A stretch of 64,000 nucleotides of DNA. Origin: Vulcanimicrobiota bacterium (lineage in GTDB: Bacteria; Vulcanimicrobiota; Vulcanimicrobiia; Vulcanimicrobiales; Vulcanimicrobiaceae). The notes below the pieces were generated by a model. The model saw nothing but the letters and a program-made list of their open reading frames with translations. It was not told the DNA's origin and ran no database searches. The position numbers and the translations under genes were made by a program. The stretch covers positions 1,312,001-1,376,000 of the forward strand of contig CAVTCS010000003.1 of the NCBI GenBank assembly GCA_963733295.1. The letters are read 5' to 3'. Below, piece by piece: positions 8,687 through 18,722 of the stretch; position 1 is the first letter of the stretch, and each line of letters opens with the position of its first letter.

Positions 8687-10029
8687 GGCAGCGCGCTTTC
8701 CGCCTTGATCGCGGCTTCCTGCGCGTCGTCGGCGGAGGGGCCGGCCGTTCCAGGTTTCCCGTTGCTGAAGACACGCACCGTCAAGATGCGCCGTCCGCGC
8801 GTCCGGTCGATCTTCAAACGAACGTGCTCGCCCGCGTCGATTTCCTCGCCTTCGTGCGGCAAACGACCGAACAGTCCGACCGTCAAGCCGCCGATCGTTT
8901 CGAAATCCTCGTGCGGCAAGTGCAGTCCGAGACGGGCGTTGACGTCTTCGATGTTCGTTCCCGCGTCGACGATCGACTCTTCGGACGAAATGACTCGGAT
9001 CGGCTCTTCCTCACCCTCGTCGTGTTCGTCGCGAATTTCTCCCACGATCTCTTCGAGCAGATCTTCCATCGTGACGAGGCCGGCCGTGCCGCCGTATTCG
9101 TCGACGACGATCGCCAGCGAGAACTTGCTGCGTTGCATTTCGCGCAGGAGTTCCGAAACGCGTTTGCTCTCGGGTACCAGGGTGATCGGGCGCATCAGGG
9201 CCCGAATCGGCGACTGCGCCAGCGTGCCGTTGGAGAGCGCGATCAAAAGCTCGCGGTCGTGGATCACGCCGATCACGTTGTCGACCGTCTCGTCGTAGAC
9301 CGGCAGCTTCGAGTATCCCTCCGCGATGACGAGATCGAGCGCGCGACGGGCGGAAGCGTTCACTTCGACGGCGACCATGTCGGGCCGCGGCGTCATCACC
9401 TCGCGAACGATCGTGTCGCCGAACTGGATGATCGAGTGGATCATCTCGCGCTCTTGCTCTTCGAGCACCTTTTGCTCCGCACCGACGTTGACGATGTTGC
9501 GGATGTCGGCTTCGGTGACGAACGGCCCTTTGGCCGGCGGCCGCACGCCGAAAAGCCGCACGATCATATTCGTGACGAACAAGAACGTGTTATTGACCGG
9601 CGTCATTACCCAGGCGACGCGTTCGAGAATCGGCGCGAGGCGCACGGCCCAGCGCTCGTTGTTCGCAACGGCGATCGTCTTGGGAATGATCTCGCCGAAA
9701 GTCAACAACAAGACCGTCATGATGAGGGTCGACCAGAGCGCGGCGTTGGGCACGCCCGCGTGGACGAAGAGCACCGTCGCGAGCGAGTCGGCCGCCAGCA
9801 GCACGATCGTGTTGCCGATGAGAATCGAGGTCAGAAAGCGGTTCCTGTCCTCGAGGAGGCGCAGAACTGCGTCGCTGCCCTTGATGTGCCGTTCGAGCAT
9901 GCCGCGAGCGTGCAGCCGCGACAGCGATATCAAGGCAGCCTCCGAGCCCGAGAAAAAGGCCGAGGCAGCGATCAGGACCACGAGCGCCCCAATTTCGGGC
10001 AGGTGGCCACCGAGGTCGATTGGCGGCAT
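8683..10029 (-). CDS. Hemolysin-family CNNM-CBS-CorC transporter-associated protein
   Basis: FFSGSEAAL, FGEIIPK, VREVMTPR, VDEYGGTAGLVTMEDLLEEIVGEI. Confidence 0.92.
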   Translation of the reverse strand: MPPIDLGGHLPEIGALVVLIAASAFFSGSEAALISLSRLHARGMLERHIKGSDAVLRLLEDRNRFLTSILIGNTIVLLAADSLATVLFVHAGVPNAALWSTLIMTVLLLTFGEIIPKTIAVANNERWAVRLAPILERVAWVMTPVNNTFLFVTNMIVRLFGVRPPAKGPFVTEADIRNIVNVGAEQKVLEEQEREMIHSIIQFGDTIVREVMTPRPDMVAVEVNASARRALDLVIAEGYSKLPVYDETVDNVIGVIHDRELLIALSNGTLAQSPIRALMRPITLVPESKRVSELLREMQRSKFSLAIVVDEYGGTAGLVTMEDLLEEIVGEIRDEHDEGEEEPIRVISSEESIVDAGTNIEDVNARLGLHLPHEDFETIGGLTVGLFGRLPHEGEEIDAGEHVRLKIDRTRGRRILTVRVFSNGKPGTAGPSADDAQEAAIKAESALP

Positions 10030-10095
10030 CTACAGCAAGCGCGCGCCCGGCGGCCGCCGGCCCGGTAGCGGTGGGTCCGTGTTCAAGTCGCGGCC

Positions 10096-10104
10096 ATTAT
10101 AACA
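10096..10104 (-). promoter_or_regulatory. Extended -10 promoter element (TGnTATAAT)
   Basis: Minus strand TGTTATAAT about 65 nt upstream of the hemolysin-family gene, in a GC-rich background. Confidence 0.6.
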
Positions 10105-10157
10105 CATCGCTCGGGCCGGCCAGGCGCCGTGCGGCATGCCGGCAAGCGACCTCTCGC

Positions 10158-10898
10158 TCAGGCCCGGCACAGCAAAAACACCGTTCCACTGACGACCAAG
10201 CCGAGTACGCCCCCGTAGACGACCTCGCGCACGCTGTGGATTCCGCCTTCGACTCGGCTCTGACTTACGAGCAGTGCCAAGAAGTACGCCAGCAGACCGA
10301 CGACGAGGGTCCCGTTGAGGAGTGCGATGAGCGTCGCACCTGCGAACGCGAGCGCCGCGTGTCCCGAAACGGCGCCACCCTGAAGCGGCGAACCCCGGCC
10401 CCCGGCTAAGGCCTTTGCGAAGATCGTTGCGATGCCGACCAGGGCTATCACCACGACGACGAGATTTCGGGGGACGCTGGCCACCGCCACCGAAACCTGG
10501 GCTCCGCTTCGGGTGATGCCCTCGTAGAATGCGAGGTATCCCACGATGACGGCCGCCATCGAAACGACGAGGACCGCCGCCGCCGAAGCGTCCTTCGCAA
10601 CCTTGGCCAGCGGATGGTGCGCCACGGTCATCAGGTCGACGACCGCCTCGATCGCCGTATTGATCAATTCGAGCGCGAGGACCAGCGCGATGACGATGAC
10701 CACGAGCGCGACGTAAGCGCGCTCGAGGCGCAGGAACAGCGTCGCCAAAAGCGCGACCGCCGCGGCCGCCAAGTGCACCCGCATGTTGGCCTGCGTGCGC
10801 GTCGCATACAAGAGCCCCGCAAACGCATAGTTGAACGAGCTCCAGAACCGGCTGTCGCTGATCGGCTTCACCTTCGGAGGGAGTCGTACGGGGTGCAT
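10158..10898 (-). CDS. dgkA: Diacylglycerol/undecaprenol kinase (DgkA) fused to a PAP2 domain
   Basis: SFNYAFAG, ELINTAIEAVVD, AKVAKD; C-terminal VSGH and SRVEGGIH phosphatase motifs. Confidence 0.88.
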   Translation of the reverse strand: MHPVRLPPKVKPISDSRFWSSFNYAFAGLLYATRTQANMRVHLAAAAVALLATLFLRLERAYVALVVIVIALVLALELINTAIEAVVDLMTVAHHPLAKVAKDASAAAVLVVSMAAVIVGYLAFYEGITRSGAQVSVAVASVPRNLVVVVIALVGIATIFAKALAGGRGSPLQGGAVSGHAALAFAGATLIALLNGTLVVGLLAYFLALLVSQSRVEGGIHSVREVVYGGVLGLVVSGTVFLLCRA

Positions 10899-10903
10899 CG
10901 ACC

Positions 10904-11404
10904 TCAGCTTTTCGGGACCTGCCCGCCACCGTCATCCCCAGGGTATGGCCAGCGCAACCCGATGCTGAGCGCCAGCCGTCGCTCCTCGCGCTCCATCAAG
11001 ACGCGCTCCCGCCGCTCCGCATGGTCGTGTCCCAACAGATGCAGCACCCCGTGAATCATCAAGCGTGCCAACTCCGCATCCAAGTGCGCATCGTACTCAG
11101 CCGCTTGCCGCACCGCCGCATCGACGCAAATGACGACGTCTCCCAACATCCGCTCCGACACCAAGCCGCCCGCGCCGCGGGTCCCTGACCGCACCGGTTC
11201 CAAGAGCGGAAAGCTCAGGACGTCGGTGCTCCGGTCCTTGCCGCGCGACTCCCGGTTGAGCCGGCGCATCGCGGCATCGCCGACGAACGACAGCGAGAGC
11301 GTCGAGTTCGCTTCACCGGCTGCGGCGAGCAGCGTCCTTGCCTTTTTCTCCAGCGCGCGCAGATTCAAGCGATGCTTGCGCGTCGAGTTGCGGAGATAGA
11401 TCAA
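10904..11404 (-). CDS. ybeY: rRNA maturation endoribonuclease YbeY
   Basis: TDVLSFP, LGDVVI, HGVLHLLGHDH. Confidence 0.95.
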   Translation of the reverse strand: MIYLRNSTRKHRLNLRALEKKARTLLAAAGEANSTLSLSFVGDAAMRRLNRESRGKDRSTDVLSFPLLEPVRSGTRGAGGLVSERMLGDVVICVDAAVRQAAEYDAHLDAELARLMIHGVLHLLGHDHAERRERVLMEREERRLALSIGLRWPYPGDDGGGQVPKS

Positions 11405-12357
11405 ACCAGACGCTGGTACGCCGAGATGATCTGACCGACCAGCGGATGACGGACGGCGTCCGTTTCGTTGAGTTCGACGATGCCGACGTCGGGCACGCCG
11501 TCGAAGAGCGCATGCGCGTCCAGCAATCCCGACTTGACGCCGCGCGGTAAATCGATTTGAGTAACGTCACCGTTCACCACCATCTTCGAACCGCCACCGA
11601 GTCGCGTCAGGAACATCTTCATCTGCTCGCGCGTCGCGTTCTGGGCCTCGTCCAAGATGACGAAGGCATCGGAGAGCGTGCGTCCTCGCATGAACGCGAG
11701 CGGAGCGACTTCGATCGTACCGCGATCCATGAATCGCTCGACCACGGCATCGTCGATCAGCTCGGCGAGCGCATCGTAGAGCGGCCGTAAATACGGATCG
11801 ACCTTTTCCTTGAAATCGCCTGGCAAGAATCCGAGCCGTTCGCCGGCTTCGACCGCCGGCCGGGTCAAGACCAGCCGCGAGATCTGCCGCGCGCGCAACG
11901 CTTTGACGGCCATTACCATCGCCAAGAACGTCTTGCCCGTACCCGCGGGTCCGATCCCGATCGTCAGGGCGTTCGCCTCGATCGATTCGACGAACGAGCG
12001 TTGGCCCGCGGTTTTCGGGCGAACCTCTTTGCCTCGGCTCGACACGAAGAGCGTCTTCGGATGCGCGCTCGAAGCGTCGCCGTCCGGACGGATCGTATCG
12101 CGCGCGGCGAGAGCAACGTCGTCCGGCGTAAGCTGCGCGCCGCCGTTCGCCGCGTCGCGCATCCGCGTCAGCACGGCGTGAGCTTGGTCCACCGCACTCG
12201 CTTCACCGCTCACTCGCAAGCGATCGCCTTCGAGCCGAACGACCACGGGCACGATGCCCTCGAGCGCGGTCAAGTTTCCATCGAGCTCGCCGCAAAAGCG
12301 CAGCGGATCCTGGACCCCGGCAAGCTCGAAGACGCGCTCTACTTGAGTTTCGGGCAG
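11401..12357 (-). CDS. phoH: PhoH family ATPase (probable CTG start)
   Basis: GPAGTGKT, RPAVEAGERLGFLPGD, MRGRTL, DEAQN; the frame stays open 28 codons upstream of TTG 12273 to a CTG 6 nt after GGAGG. Confidence 0.92.
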   Translation of the reverse strand: MPETQVERVFELAGVQDPLRFCGELDGNLTALEGIVPVVVRLEGDRLRVSGEASAVDQAHAVLTRMRDAANGGAQLTPDDVALAARDTIRPDGDASSAHPKTLFVSSRGKEVRPKTAGQRSFVESIEANALTIGIGPAGTGKTFLAMVMAVKALRARQISRLVLTRPAVEAGERLGFLPGDFKEKVDPYLRPLYDALAELIDDAVVERFMDRGTIEVAPLAFMRGRTLSDAFVILDEAQNATREQMKMFLTRLGGGSKMVVNGDVTQIDLPRGVKSGLLDAHALFDGVPDVGIVELNETDAVRHPLVGQIISAYQRLV

Positions 12358-12400
12358 AATCGACCTCCCGCCGCTACGTTACCTTGAATGCAGCCTGAGG

Positions 12401-12790
12401 TCAAAGGGTATCGGTCGGAGCGGCGTGTGGCCGCAGGGAAACGGGCGGTCCCAAGACTTGTGCGACGACGATGCCGCCGATGAGTGCCGGACCGCCCCGC
12501 AACGCTGCTAGCAACGGGTTGTTATACACCGGGCCCGCGAGCGGAACGAGCGGCTCGAGCTGCGGCAGCGAATCGTACGGCAGCGCGTCGGGAATTCTAC
12601 CCATGGCCACGGGCGGGGCCGCGACGGCAGGACGAACGGGCGCCGGGGTTCCCATCTGCGGCGCGGGCCGCACGATGGTCCGGTTCGGCGGTGGCACGCC
12701 GGGTTGTCCTCCCGCTCCCTGCGCCCGGTTCGCCTCAGCCGCTTGTTTTTGAATTGCTTCAAAGATCAACCCACCGAGCGCGTTCAGCAC
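12401..12790 (-). CDS. Hypothetical Pro/Ala-rich protein at the yqfB position
   Basis: ORF with GAGG RBS directly after floA; C-terminal GIVVAQVLGPPVSLR. Confidence 0.7.
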   Translation of the reverse strand: MLNALGGLIFEAIQKQAAEANRAQGAGGQPGVPPPNRTIVRPAPQMGTPAPVRPAVAAPPVAMGRIPDALPYDSLPQLEPLVPLAGPVYNNPLLAALRGGPALIGGIVVAQVLGPPVSLRPHAAPTDTL

Positions 12791-12809
12791 GATTGCTTAT
12801 CCTCGCAGC

Positions 12810-13829
12810 TTAACGCGGAGGCGGCGTCGTCGGTGGCACGGACAGTCCCGTTGCCTCGGGTGGCGTCACGCCGGTCCCGATCGCCGAACGCATCTCGGTA
12901 TCCGCCTTGAGGTTGTTGAGCCGATAGTAATCCATCACGCCCAAATTCCCGTTGCGGAACGCTTCCGCGATCGCTTGCGGAATCTGCGCTTCGGCTTCGA
13001 CGACTTTGGCGCGCATCGCCTGAGTCTCGGCCTTCTGTTCTTGTTCGGCAGCCTGTGCGCTGTACTGGCGTTCCGCCGCTTTCGCTTGTGCGATCTTGCG
13101 ATCGGCCTCGGCTTGCGAGGTCTGCAGTTCGGCGCCGATGTTTTTCCCGACGTCCACGTCGGCAATATCGATCGAGACGATTTCGAAGGCAGTGCCCGCA
13201 TCGAGGCCCTTCGCCAAGACGGCCTTCGAGATGCGGTCCGGATATTCGAGGACTTCCTTGTGGTCGATTGCGGCGCCGACTGCGGAGACGACGCCCTCGC
13301 CGACGCGCGCTACGACCGTCGGTTCGCCCGCTCCACCGACGTAACGATCGAGATTCGAGCGGACGGTGATACGCGCTTTGACGTTCAGCTGAATTCCGTT
13401 CTGCGCGACGCCTTGGAACACCGGCGTCTCGATGACCCGTGGGTTGACAGACGTCTGCAGCGCTTCGAGCACGTTGCGCCCGGCCAGATCGATTGCCGCC
13501 GCGCGCTGCCATTCGAGGGGAATTTGCGCGCGCTGCGCCGCGATCATGGCGAGCGTGACGTTCTCTACGTTGCCGCCCGCGAGGTAGTGCGACTGCATCT
13601 GATCGACGGTGAGGTTCAAGCCGGCCTTGCGTGCGCGCACGAGATTGTTGACGATCACTCCGGGTTGAATGCCGATGAGGCGCATCCTGATCAGCGAGAT
13701 CATCGAGAGCGGCACGCCGGCCGCGATCGTGCGAATCCACAATCCGAATGGGAAGTAGTAAAGGATGACAAAGAAGAGGATTATCGCCCCGAAGACGATT
13801 GCCGAAACGAACGCGGCGGCTGTGATCAC
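12810..13829 (-). CDS. floA: Flotillin-like protein FloA (YqfA)
   Basis: [49 protein letters not shown]. Confidence 0.95.
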   Translation of the reverse strand: MITAAAFVSAIVFGAIILFFVILYYFPFGLWIRTIAAGVPLSMISLIRMRLIGIQPGVIVNNLVRARKAGLNLTVDQMQSHYLAGGNVENVTLAMIAAQRAQIPLEWQRAAAIDLAGRNVLEALQTSVNPRVIETPVFQGVAQNGIQLNVKARITVRSNLDRYVGGAGEPTVVARVGEGVVSAVGAAIDHKEVLEYPDRISKAVLAKGLDAGTAFEIVSIDIADVDVGKNIGAELQTSQAEADRKIAQAKAAERQYSAQAAEQEQKAETQAMRAKVVEAEAQIPQAIAEAFRNGNLGVMDYYRLNNLKADTEMRSAIGTGVTPPEATGLSVPPTTPPPR

Positions 13830-15136
13830 GCTTTCTCCTCTGCTACCGACTTGACGAAGATGCGTGCGCCCTCGACGCGCGTCACGCGGATGGCCGTCCC
13901 GGCCGGCACGAAATCACCCTCGGTCAGCACGTCGACGCGCCGTCCGTCGACGTTGGCAACCCCCGCCGGCCGAAGATACGAAGCCGCAAAACCCAGCCGC
14001 CCTACGAGAGCGCCGAAGTCGCTACTGGTAACGTAATCGGATCCTTGGCGGGCAGTAAGCACGATGCGCTTCAGGAACGCGCTCTCGGGGAACATCCGCG
14101 AACTGGCCCACAGCGCGAACGTTGAGAGCACGATCGCAATCGCGATGGCTTGCGCCGCCACAAACATGAACGGGTAGCCGAAGGCCATGACGACCGCGGT
14201 CAAGAGGGCGGCCGCCCCGATCGTACCGGCCACCCCGTGCCCTGGCAGGACGTGCAGTTCGAAGAGCAGTCCGATGACGCCGAGCAGCGCCAGCGCGATG
14301 ACGAAGCTATTGGTGAACCCTGCGTAGACGTGCGAACCGAAGAACAGTCCGAGCGCACCGACGCCGATCAAGCCCGCAATTCCGTGGAGCGTCTGCATCT
14401 CGATGAAGAGCCCGAGGACGCCGATCGAAAGCAGGATGCCGCTGACTTCAGGCGTCGTGGCAAAACGCGCCAGCCATTCGCCCCAGCTGTATTGAACGCG
14501 CTCGATCGTTCCGCTGATGCCCGCGTCGTGAAGTGCCCCGTCGAGCGTCGGCGAAATCGCATCGGCGATTCCTGCGCGCTTCGCGTCTTCGGCGGTCAAG
14601 GAAAGAATGGCCCCGGACTTTTTGTAGGCCGGCGCATCGACGCTCTTGTCGACCATCGCCGAGGCCAACGTTTCGTTGCGGTGCGTGCGCTCCGCGGTCG
14701 ATGCGAATTCAGCGCGCAGCGCGGAGACGTATTTCGGCTCGTTCGGGCGCGGCTCGGCGGCGCCAATGCTCGAGCCCGGCGCCATCACGATGGTGTGGTT
14801 GGCGAGCGTGATCAACGCCCCGGCCGAGTAGGCCCGTTGCGACACGAAGGCGAGGGTCGGCACCTTGGCGCCTAGGATCGAGTCGCGGATTTGAAAAGCC
14901 GCGTCCACCAGCCCGCCGGGAGTATTGATGTCGAAGACGATGCCGGCGGCATGCTCGTCGTCGGCCTCGGCGACCGCCCGGGCGACCAGATGGGCCATCC
15001 CTTGATCGACGACGCCGTTGATCGGCACGACTACGACCGGATGGCTACCCGCAGCAAACGAGCCCACGGCGAGCCCGGCAAAGCCGAGAAGCGCCGTGCC
15101 GCTGAAGACCGCTAGACGAAGCCATCTTCTCATCAC
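13826..15136 (-). CDS. nfeD: NfeD family membrane-bound serine protease (YqeZ-like)
   Basis: [25 protein letters not shown] region, C-terminal LRPAG OB-fold. Confidence 0.92.
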   Translation of the reverse strand: MMRRWLRLAVFSGTALLGFAGLAVGSFAAGSHPVVVVPINGVVDQGMAHLVARAVAEADDEHAAGIVFDINTPGGLVDAAFQIRDSILGAKVPTLAFVSQRAYSAGALITLANHTIVMAPGSSIGAAEPRPNEPKYVSALRAEFASTAERTHRNETLASAMVDKSVDAPAYKKSGAILSLTAEDAKRAGIADAISPTLDGALHDAGISGTIERVQYSWGEWLARFATTPEVSGILLSIGVLGLFIEMQTLHGIAGLIGVGALGLFFGSHVYAGFTNSFVIALALLGVIGLLFELHVLPGHGVAGTIGAAALLTAVVMAFGYPFMFVAAQAIAIAIVLSTFALWASSRMFPESAFLKRIVLTARQGSDYVTSSDFGALVGRLGFAASYLRPAGVANVDGRRVDVLTEGDFVPAGTAIRVTRVEGARIFVKSVAEEKA

Positions 15137-15197
15137 AGCCTGCTACCCGAACCGGTTGGCGGAAGTTACGGCGCCGCCTGCAGCGTGAGCGGGCTTC

Positions 15198-15644
15198 TCA
15201 GTGACCCGCGAGTTCCTCGAGAACTACCTGCCGGATCGTCGCCCCGTCGGCTTCGCCCTTCAGCGCCGGCATCACCAGCTTCATAGCCGCACCCTGGTTT
15301 CGCTGATCGGCCGGGAGGCCGGCCAAGGCAGCCCGGACCGCGGGCCGGATGTCGTCGGCCGTCTTGAGCGCCGGCAGCAGCTCTGAGAGAATGTCGCGCT
15401 CCCGGGTTTCCCGCTCGACCAGATCCTGCCGGTTGCCCTTGCGGAACTCGGCGATCGAGTCGTTGCGCTGCTTGACCTGCTTGCGCACCGCTTCGATCTG
15501 GTCTTCCTGGCTCAACTCCCGTCCTGCCTCGATTTTCCGGTACGAGAAAGCGGAAAGCGCGGATCGCAGGGTATCGATCCGCACCCGATCTTTCGCTTTC
15601 ATCGCCTCTTTTAGCTCGGCGGCGATGCGCTCGCTGAGCGTCAT
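15198..15644 (-). CDS. GatB/YqeY domain protein
   Basis: LKEAMKAKD, KQVKQRNDSIAEF..GNRQDL. Confidence 0.92.
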   Translation of the reverse strand: MTLSERIAAELKEAMKAKDRVRIDTLRSALSAFSYRKIEAGRELSQEDQIEAVRKQVKQRNDSIAEFRKGNRQDLVERETRERDILSELLPALKTADDIRPAVRAALAGLPADQRNQGAAMKLVMPALKGEADGATIRQVVLEELAGH

Positions 15645-15654
15645 CGCGGGGTCA

Positions 15655-15825
15655 CTAGGCGCGACGCTTGCGGGCGGCGGCCGACTTCTTCTTGCGCCGG
15701 ACGCTGGGTTTCTCGTAATGCTCGTGCTTGCGGGCCTCGGCCAGGACGCCGGCCTTTTGGGTTGCCTTCTTGAAGCGGCGCAGGGCACTCTCGATTGTCT
15801 CTCCCGGTGCGATGCGAATCTCCAT
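15655..15825 (-). CDS. rpsU: 30S ribosomal protein S21
   Basis: Translated by hand: [64 protein letters not shown]; absent from the ORF track. Confidence 0.97.
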   Translation of the reverse strand: MEIRIAPGETIESALRRFKKATQKAGVLAEARKHEHYEKPSVRRKKKSAAARKRRA

Positions 15826-15945
15826 GAAATACACCCCCTCCCGCCTGCGCCGGTGCGCAGCAAAAAACTGAAACTTCCGCCCTTAGGCGAACTACGAAAC
15901 ACTAACACAGCCCCTTAGCCCCGTCAATTCACGGAGGGTTAAGCC

Positions 15946-16761
15946 ATGAGCGTTCAGCCAGTCAGCAGCCCGGTCGACCAACTCCAGCGCGCGGCCGAAG
16001 TGCTTTCCAAGAACTGGATCCTCGCGCTTCCGACCGCCATCGCATCGCTTCTGCTCGGAATCGTTTTGGTGGTCGGGGTGCTCTCGATGGTAAGCGCGCT
16101 GGTGGTAGGCCACGCCGCCGCGGGCGGGCTGGGAACGATGGCCGGCTTTGGGACCGGTGCGCTGATCCTAGCCGTCCTCGCCATCATCGGGCTTTTGTTG
16201 CTCATCTTCTCGCAAGCCATCGTGATCAGCGCTTCGGAAGATGCCTGGCAAGGGCGTCCGGTCGACTTGGGCGCGAGCCTCGGCGCCGCCGCTGCGCGCT
16301 TACCAGACCTCGTCGTGGCCTTCATCGTTTCGGCGCTGATCATGATTGTGCCGATCGCGCTCTGCTTTATCTTCATCGGCATTCCGCTCGTTCTTGTAGC
16401 GGCCTACTTTCTGATGTTTGTAACCCCCGCGGTCATGATAGGTCGCGAAAGCGGAACCGGCGCGGTGTCGACCTCGTTTCGTATCGCCTCGCAGAATGTC
16501 GGCCCAAGCCTCATCGCCTTCGTCGGCATCGTCGGCGCCTCGATTGTGGCGAGCTTCGCGAACGCCATCGCCGCGCACATTCCCATCGTCAATTTCATCG
16601 TTTCGTTTGCGGTCGGCGGCTTAGCCGCGGCTTACTCGGCGCTCGTCATGGCGCGCTTCTACGACATGCTGCGCGGCGGCGTTCCGCGCGCCGCTGCAGC
16701 TGCAGGCTACGCCCCACCGCCACCGCCGCCGGACTCGGGGCCGCCGACCGTCATTCGCTAA
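15946..16761 (+). CDS. Hypothetical multi-pass membrane protein
   Basis: GGAGG RBS, about 6 TM segments, Pro-rich tail. Confidence 0.75.
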   Translation: MSVQPVSSPVDQLQRAAEVLSKNWILALPTAIASLLLGIVLVVGVLSMVSALVVGHAAAGGLGTMAGFGTGALILAVLAIIGLLLLIFSQAIVISASEDAWQGRPVDLGASLGAAAARLPDLVVAFIVSALIMIVPIALCFIFIGIPLVLVAAYFLMFVTPAVMIGRESGTGAVSTSFRIASQNVGPSLIAFVGIVGASIVASFANAIAAHIPIVNFIVSFAVGGLAAAYSALVMARFYDMLRGGVPRAAAAAGYAPPPPPPDSGPPTVIR

Positions 16762-16782
16762 ACCCTTCGACTCGAGGCGGGT

Positions 16783-17133
16783 TCAGCCGGGTGGCCAGTG
16801 CATGGCGCGCCCGGACAAGACGTGCAGATGCAGGTGGAAGACGGTCTGACCGGCCTCGCGCCCTTCATTGACGACGATACGGTAGCCGTTCGGCGACGAG
16901 TTGCGTCCGGTCTTCGAGGCGAGCGCAAACAGATCGCCGACTTCTTGCGGCGTCGCCGCGGCGATGAAGTCGCCCAGGTTCGCCGCGTGACGTTTCGGTA
17001 TGACGAGCACGTGCGACGGCGCCTGCGGATTGAGGTCGCGAAAGACGAGCGCGTCGTCGGTTCGCTCAACCTCCGAAGACGGGATCTCGCCTCGAAAGAT
17101 CCTGCAAAAGATGCACGCCTCTTCGCCGTTCAC
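16783..17133 (-). CDS. HIT family nucleotide-binding protein
   Basis: CIFC, DLNPQAPSHVLVIPK, GQTVFHLHLHVL, WPPG. Confidence 0.95.
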   Translation of the reverse strand: MNGEEACIFCRIFRGEIPSSEVERTDDALVFRDLNPQAPSHVLVIPKRHAANLGDFIAAATPQEVGDLFALASKTGRNSSPNGYRIVVNEGREAGQTVFHLHLHVLSGRAMHWPPG

Positions 17134-18722
17134 GAGCCGGCCTGTGGTTTCATCGACTCGAAGTTGAGGATCGAGTCGGGTCGCGGAACAATTCCCTCGA
17201 TCGTCGATCTGGCTGCGAACGAGACGATCGAATGAACCAGCGCGACCGCGGGAACTTGATCGTGGACCATCGCATTTGCCTGACGGTAGATCGCGGCGCG
17301 CTTCTGCTGATCGACGGTGCGTTGGCCGGCAAGCATTAGCGCGTGAAACTTTGGGTCGCGCCAGAACGAGAAGTTCTGTGCTTGGCCTTTCACCGCGCTG
17401 TCTTGGTCCAGCAGCGGATAGAAGAAATTATCCGGGTCGCCGTTGTCTCCCGTCCAGCCGATCAAACACATCGGGTGTTCGCCGTTGCGCGTCTTGGTCA
17501 AGAACACGCTGAATTCGAAGGGCTCGAGGGTCACGTCGATGCCGATCGCCTTGAGGTCGGCTTGAATCGCTTCGGCGATGCGCTCCGGCTCGGGCATGTA
17601 CGGTCGCGGCGAGGTCGTGTAGTAGAGCTGCGTCGCGAAGCCGTGCGGGAGACCGGCTTGCGCCAGCAGCGCCTTCGCCTTTGCAACGTCCTGCGGATAC
17701 GCTTTGAGGGCCGGGTTCTCACCGAGCATCCCGGGCGGCGTCCAATTGTCGGCGACGACCGCGCCCAGCGCGTAGAATCCGTCGGCGATCGCCTTCTCGT
17801 CGATCGCATAGGCGATGGCCCGTCGCACCAATACGTCATCGAACGGTTTTTTCTCGACGTTCAGAGCGAGGTACGAGACGTTGTTGCTCGGCTGCTGGTA
17901 GAGCTTGACGCCCGGTTGCTGCGCCAGCTCCTTCGCGTCGTCGGGACGCGGGTCGACCAGAATGTCGACGTCGCCCTTCTTCATGGAGAGCACCGAGGTC
18001 GATTGATCCGGTATGTCGCGCACGATCACGGTCGCGTACGCCGGTTTCGGGCCGGCCCACAGCGGGTTTGCCTGCAACGTGATGTGGTCGTCCTTCACCC
18101 ATTCGGCGAGCACGTACGGTCCAGCGGCGACCGGAGTTTGACCGAATTCGTGCGGGTCCTTCTTGATCGCAGCAGGCGATCCGATGCCGAACGACGACAT
18201 CGCGAGGTTGCGCAAAAACGGACCGAACGGCGTCGCGAGCATCATCGTCACCCGGTTCGGCGCCGGAGCGTCGACGCCGACGATCACGCCCGGCAAACCG
18301 CCGAACATACTGGCGTAGTACGGGTAGGCGTAAGCCCCGTGATACGGATCGCCGCGCAGCCGCCAACGGTCGAAGTTGAATTTCACCGCCGCCGCGTCGA
18401 GCGGACTGCCGTCTGAAAACTTCAGGCCGGGCTTGAGCGTGAACGTCCAGCGCTTCTCGTCCGGGCTCGAGGACCACGACTGCGCGATGTCGGGGACGAC
18501 TTCGAACGTCCCCGGCTTGAACTTCACGAGATTCGTGAAGATCTCCGCCGTGACGTTGAGCGACATACCGTCCGTCTCGTGTGAAGGATCGAGGCCAACC
18601 GCGTCCTTGACGCGCGCGACCGCGAGTTCGGGTGCTTGCGTTGCACCCGACTGCGAGCCGCCGCAGCCGCATAGCAAGATCACGAGCAACGCAAAAGGGG
18701 CGGGAAGCGCCTTTAAATTCAC
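17130..18722 (-). CDS. ABC transporter substrate-binding lipoprotein, family 5 (DppA-like)
   Basis: Lipobox LCGC, FSDGSPLDAAAVKFNFDR, VRRAIAYAID, GWTGDNGDPDNF. Confidence 0.92.
   Translation of the reverse strand: MNLKALPAPFALLVILLCGCGGSQSGATQAPELAVARVKDAVGLDPSHETDGMSLNVTAEIFTNLVKFKPGTFEVVPDIAQSWSSSPDEKRWTFTLKPGLKFSDGSPLDAAAVKFNFDRWRLRGDPYHGAYAYPYYASMFGGLPGVIVGVDAPAPNRVTMMLATPFGPFLRNLAMSSFGIGSPAAIKKDPHEFGQTPVAAGPYVLAEWVKDDHITLQANPLWAGPKPAYATVIVRDIPDQSTSVLSMKKGDVDILVDPRPDDAKELAQQPGVKLYQQPSNNVSYLALNVEKKPFDDVLVRRAIAYAIDEKAIADGFYALGAVVADNWTPPGMLGENPALKAYPQDVAKAKALLAQAGLPHGFATQLYYTTSPRPYMPEPERIAEAIQADLKAIGIDVTLEPFEFSVFLTKTRNGEHPMCLIGWTGDNGDPDNFFYPLLDQDSAVKGQAQNFSFWRDPKFHALMLAGQRTVDQQKRAAIYRQANAMVHDQVPAVALVHSIVSFAARSTIEGIVPRPDSILNFESMKPQAGS

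Noticed and set aside
17130..18722. Complete peptide ABC transporter
   Set aside because: Only the substrate-binding protein is present; orphan binding proteins are common.
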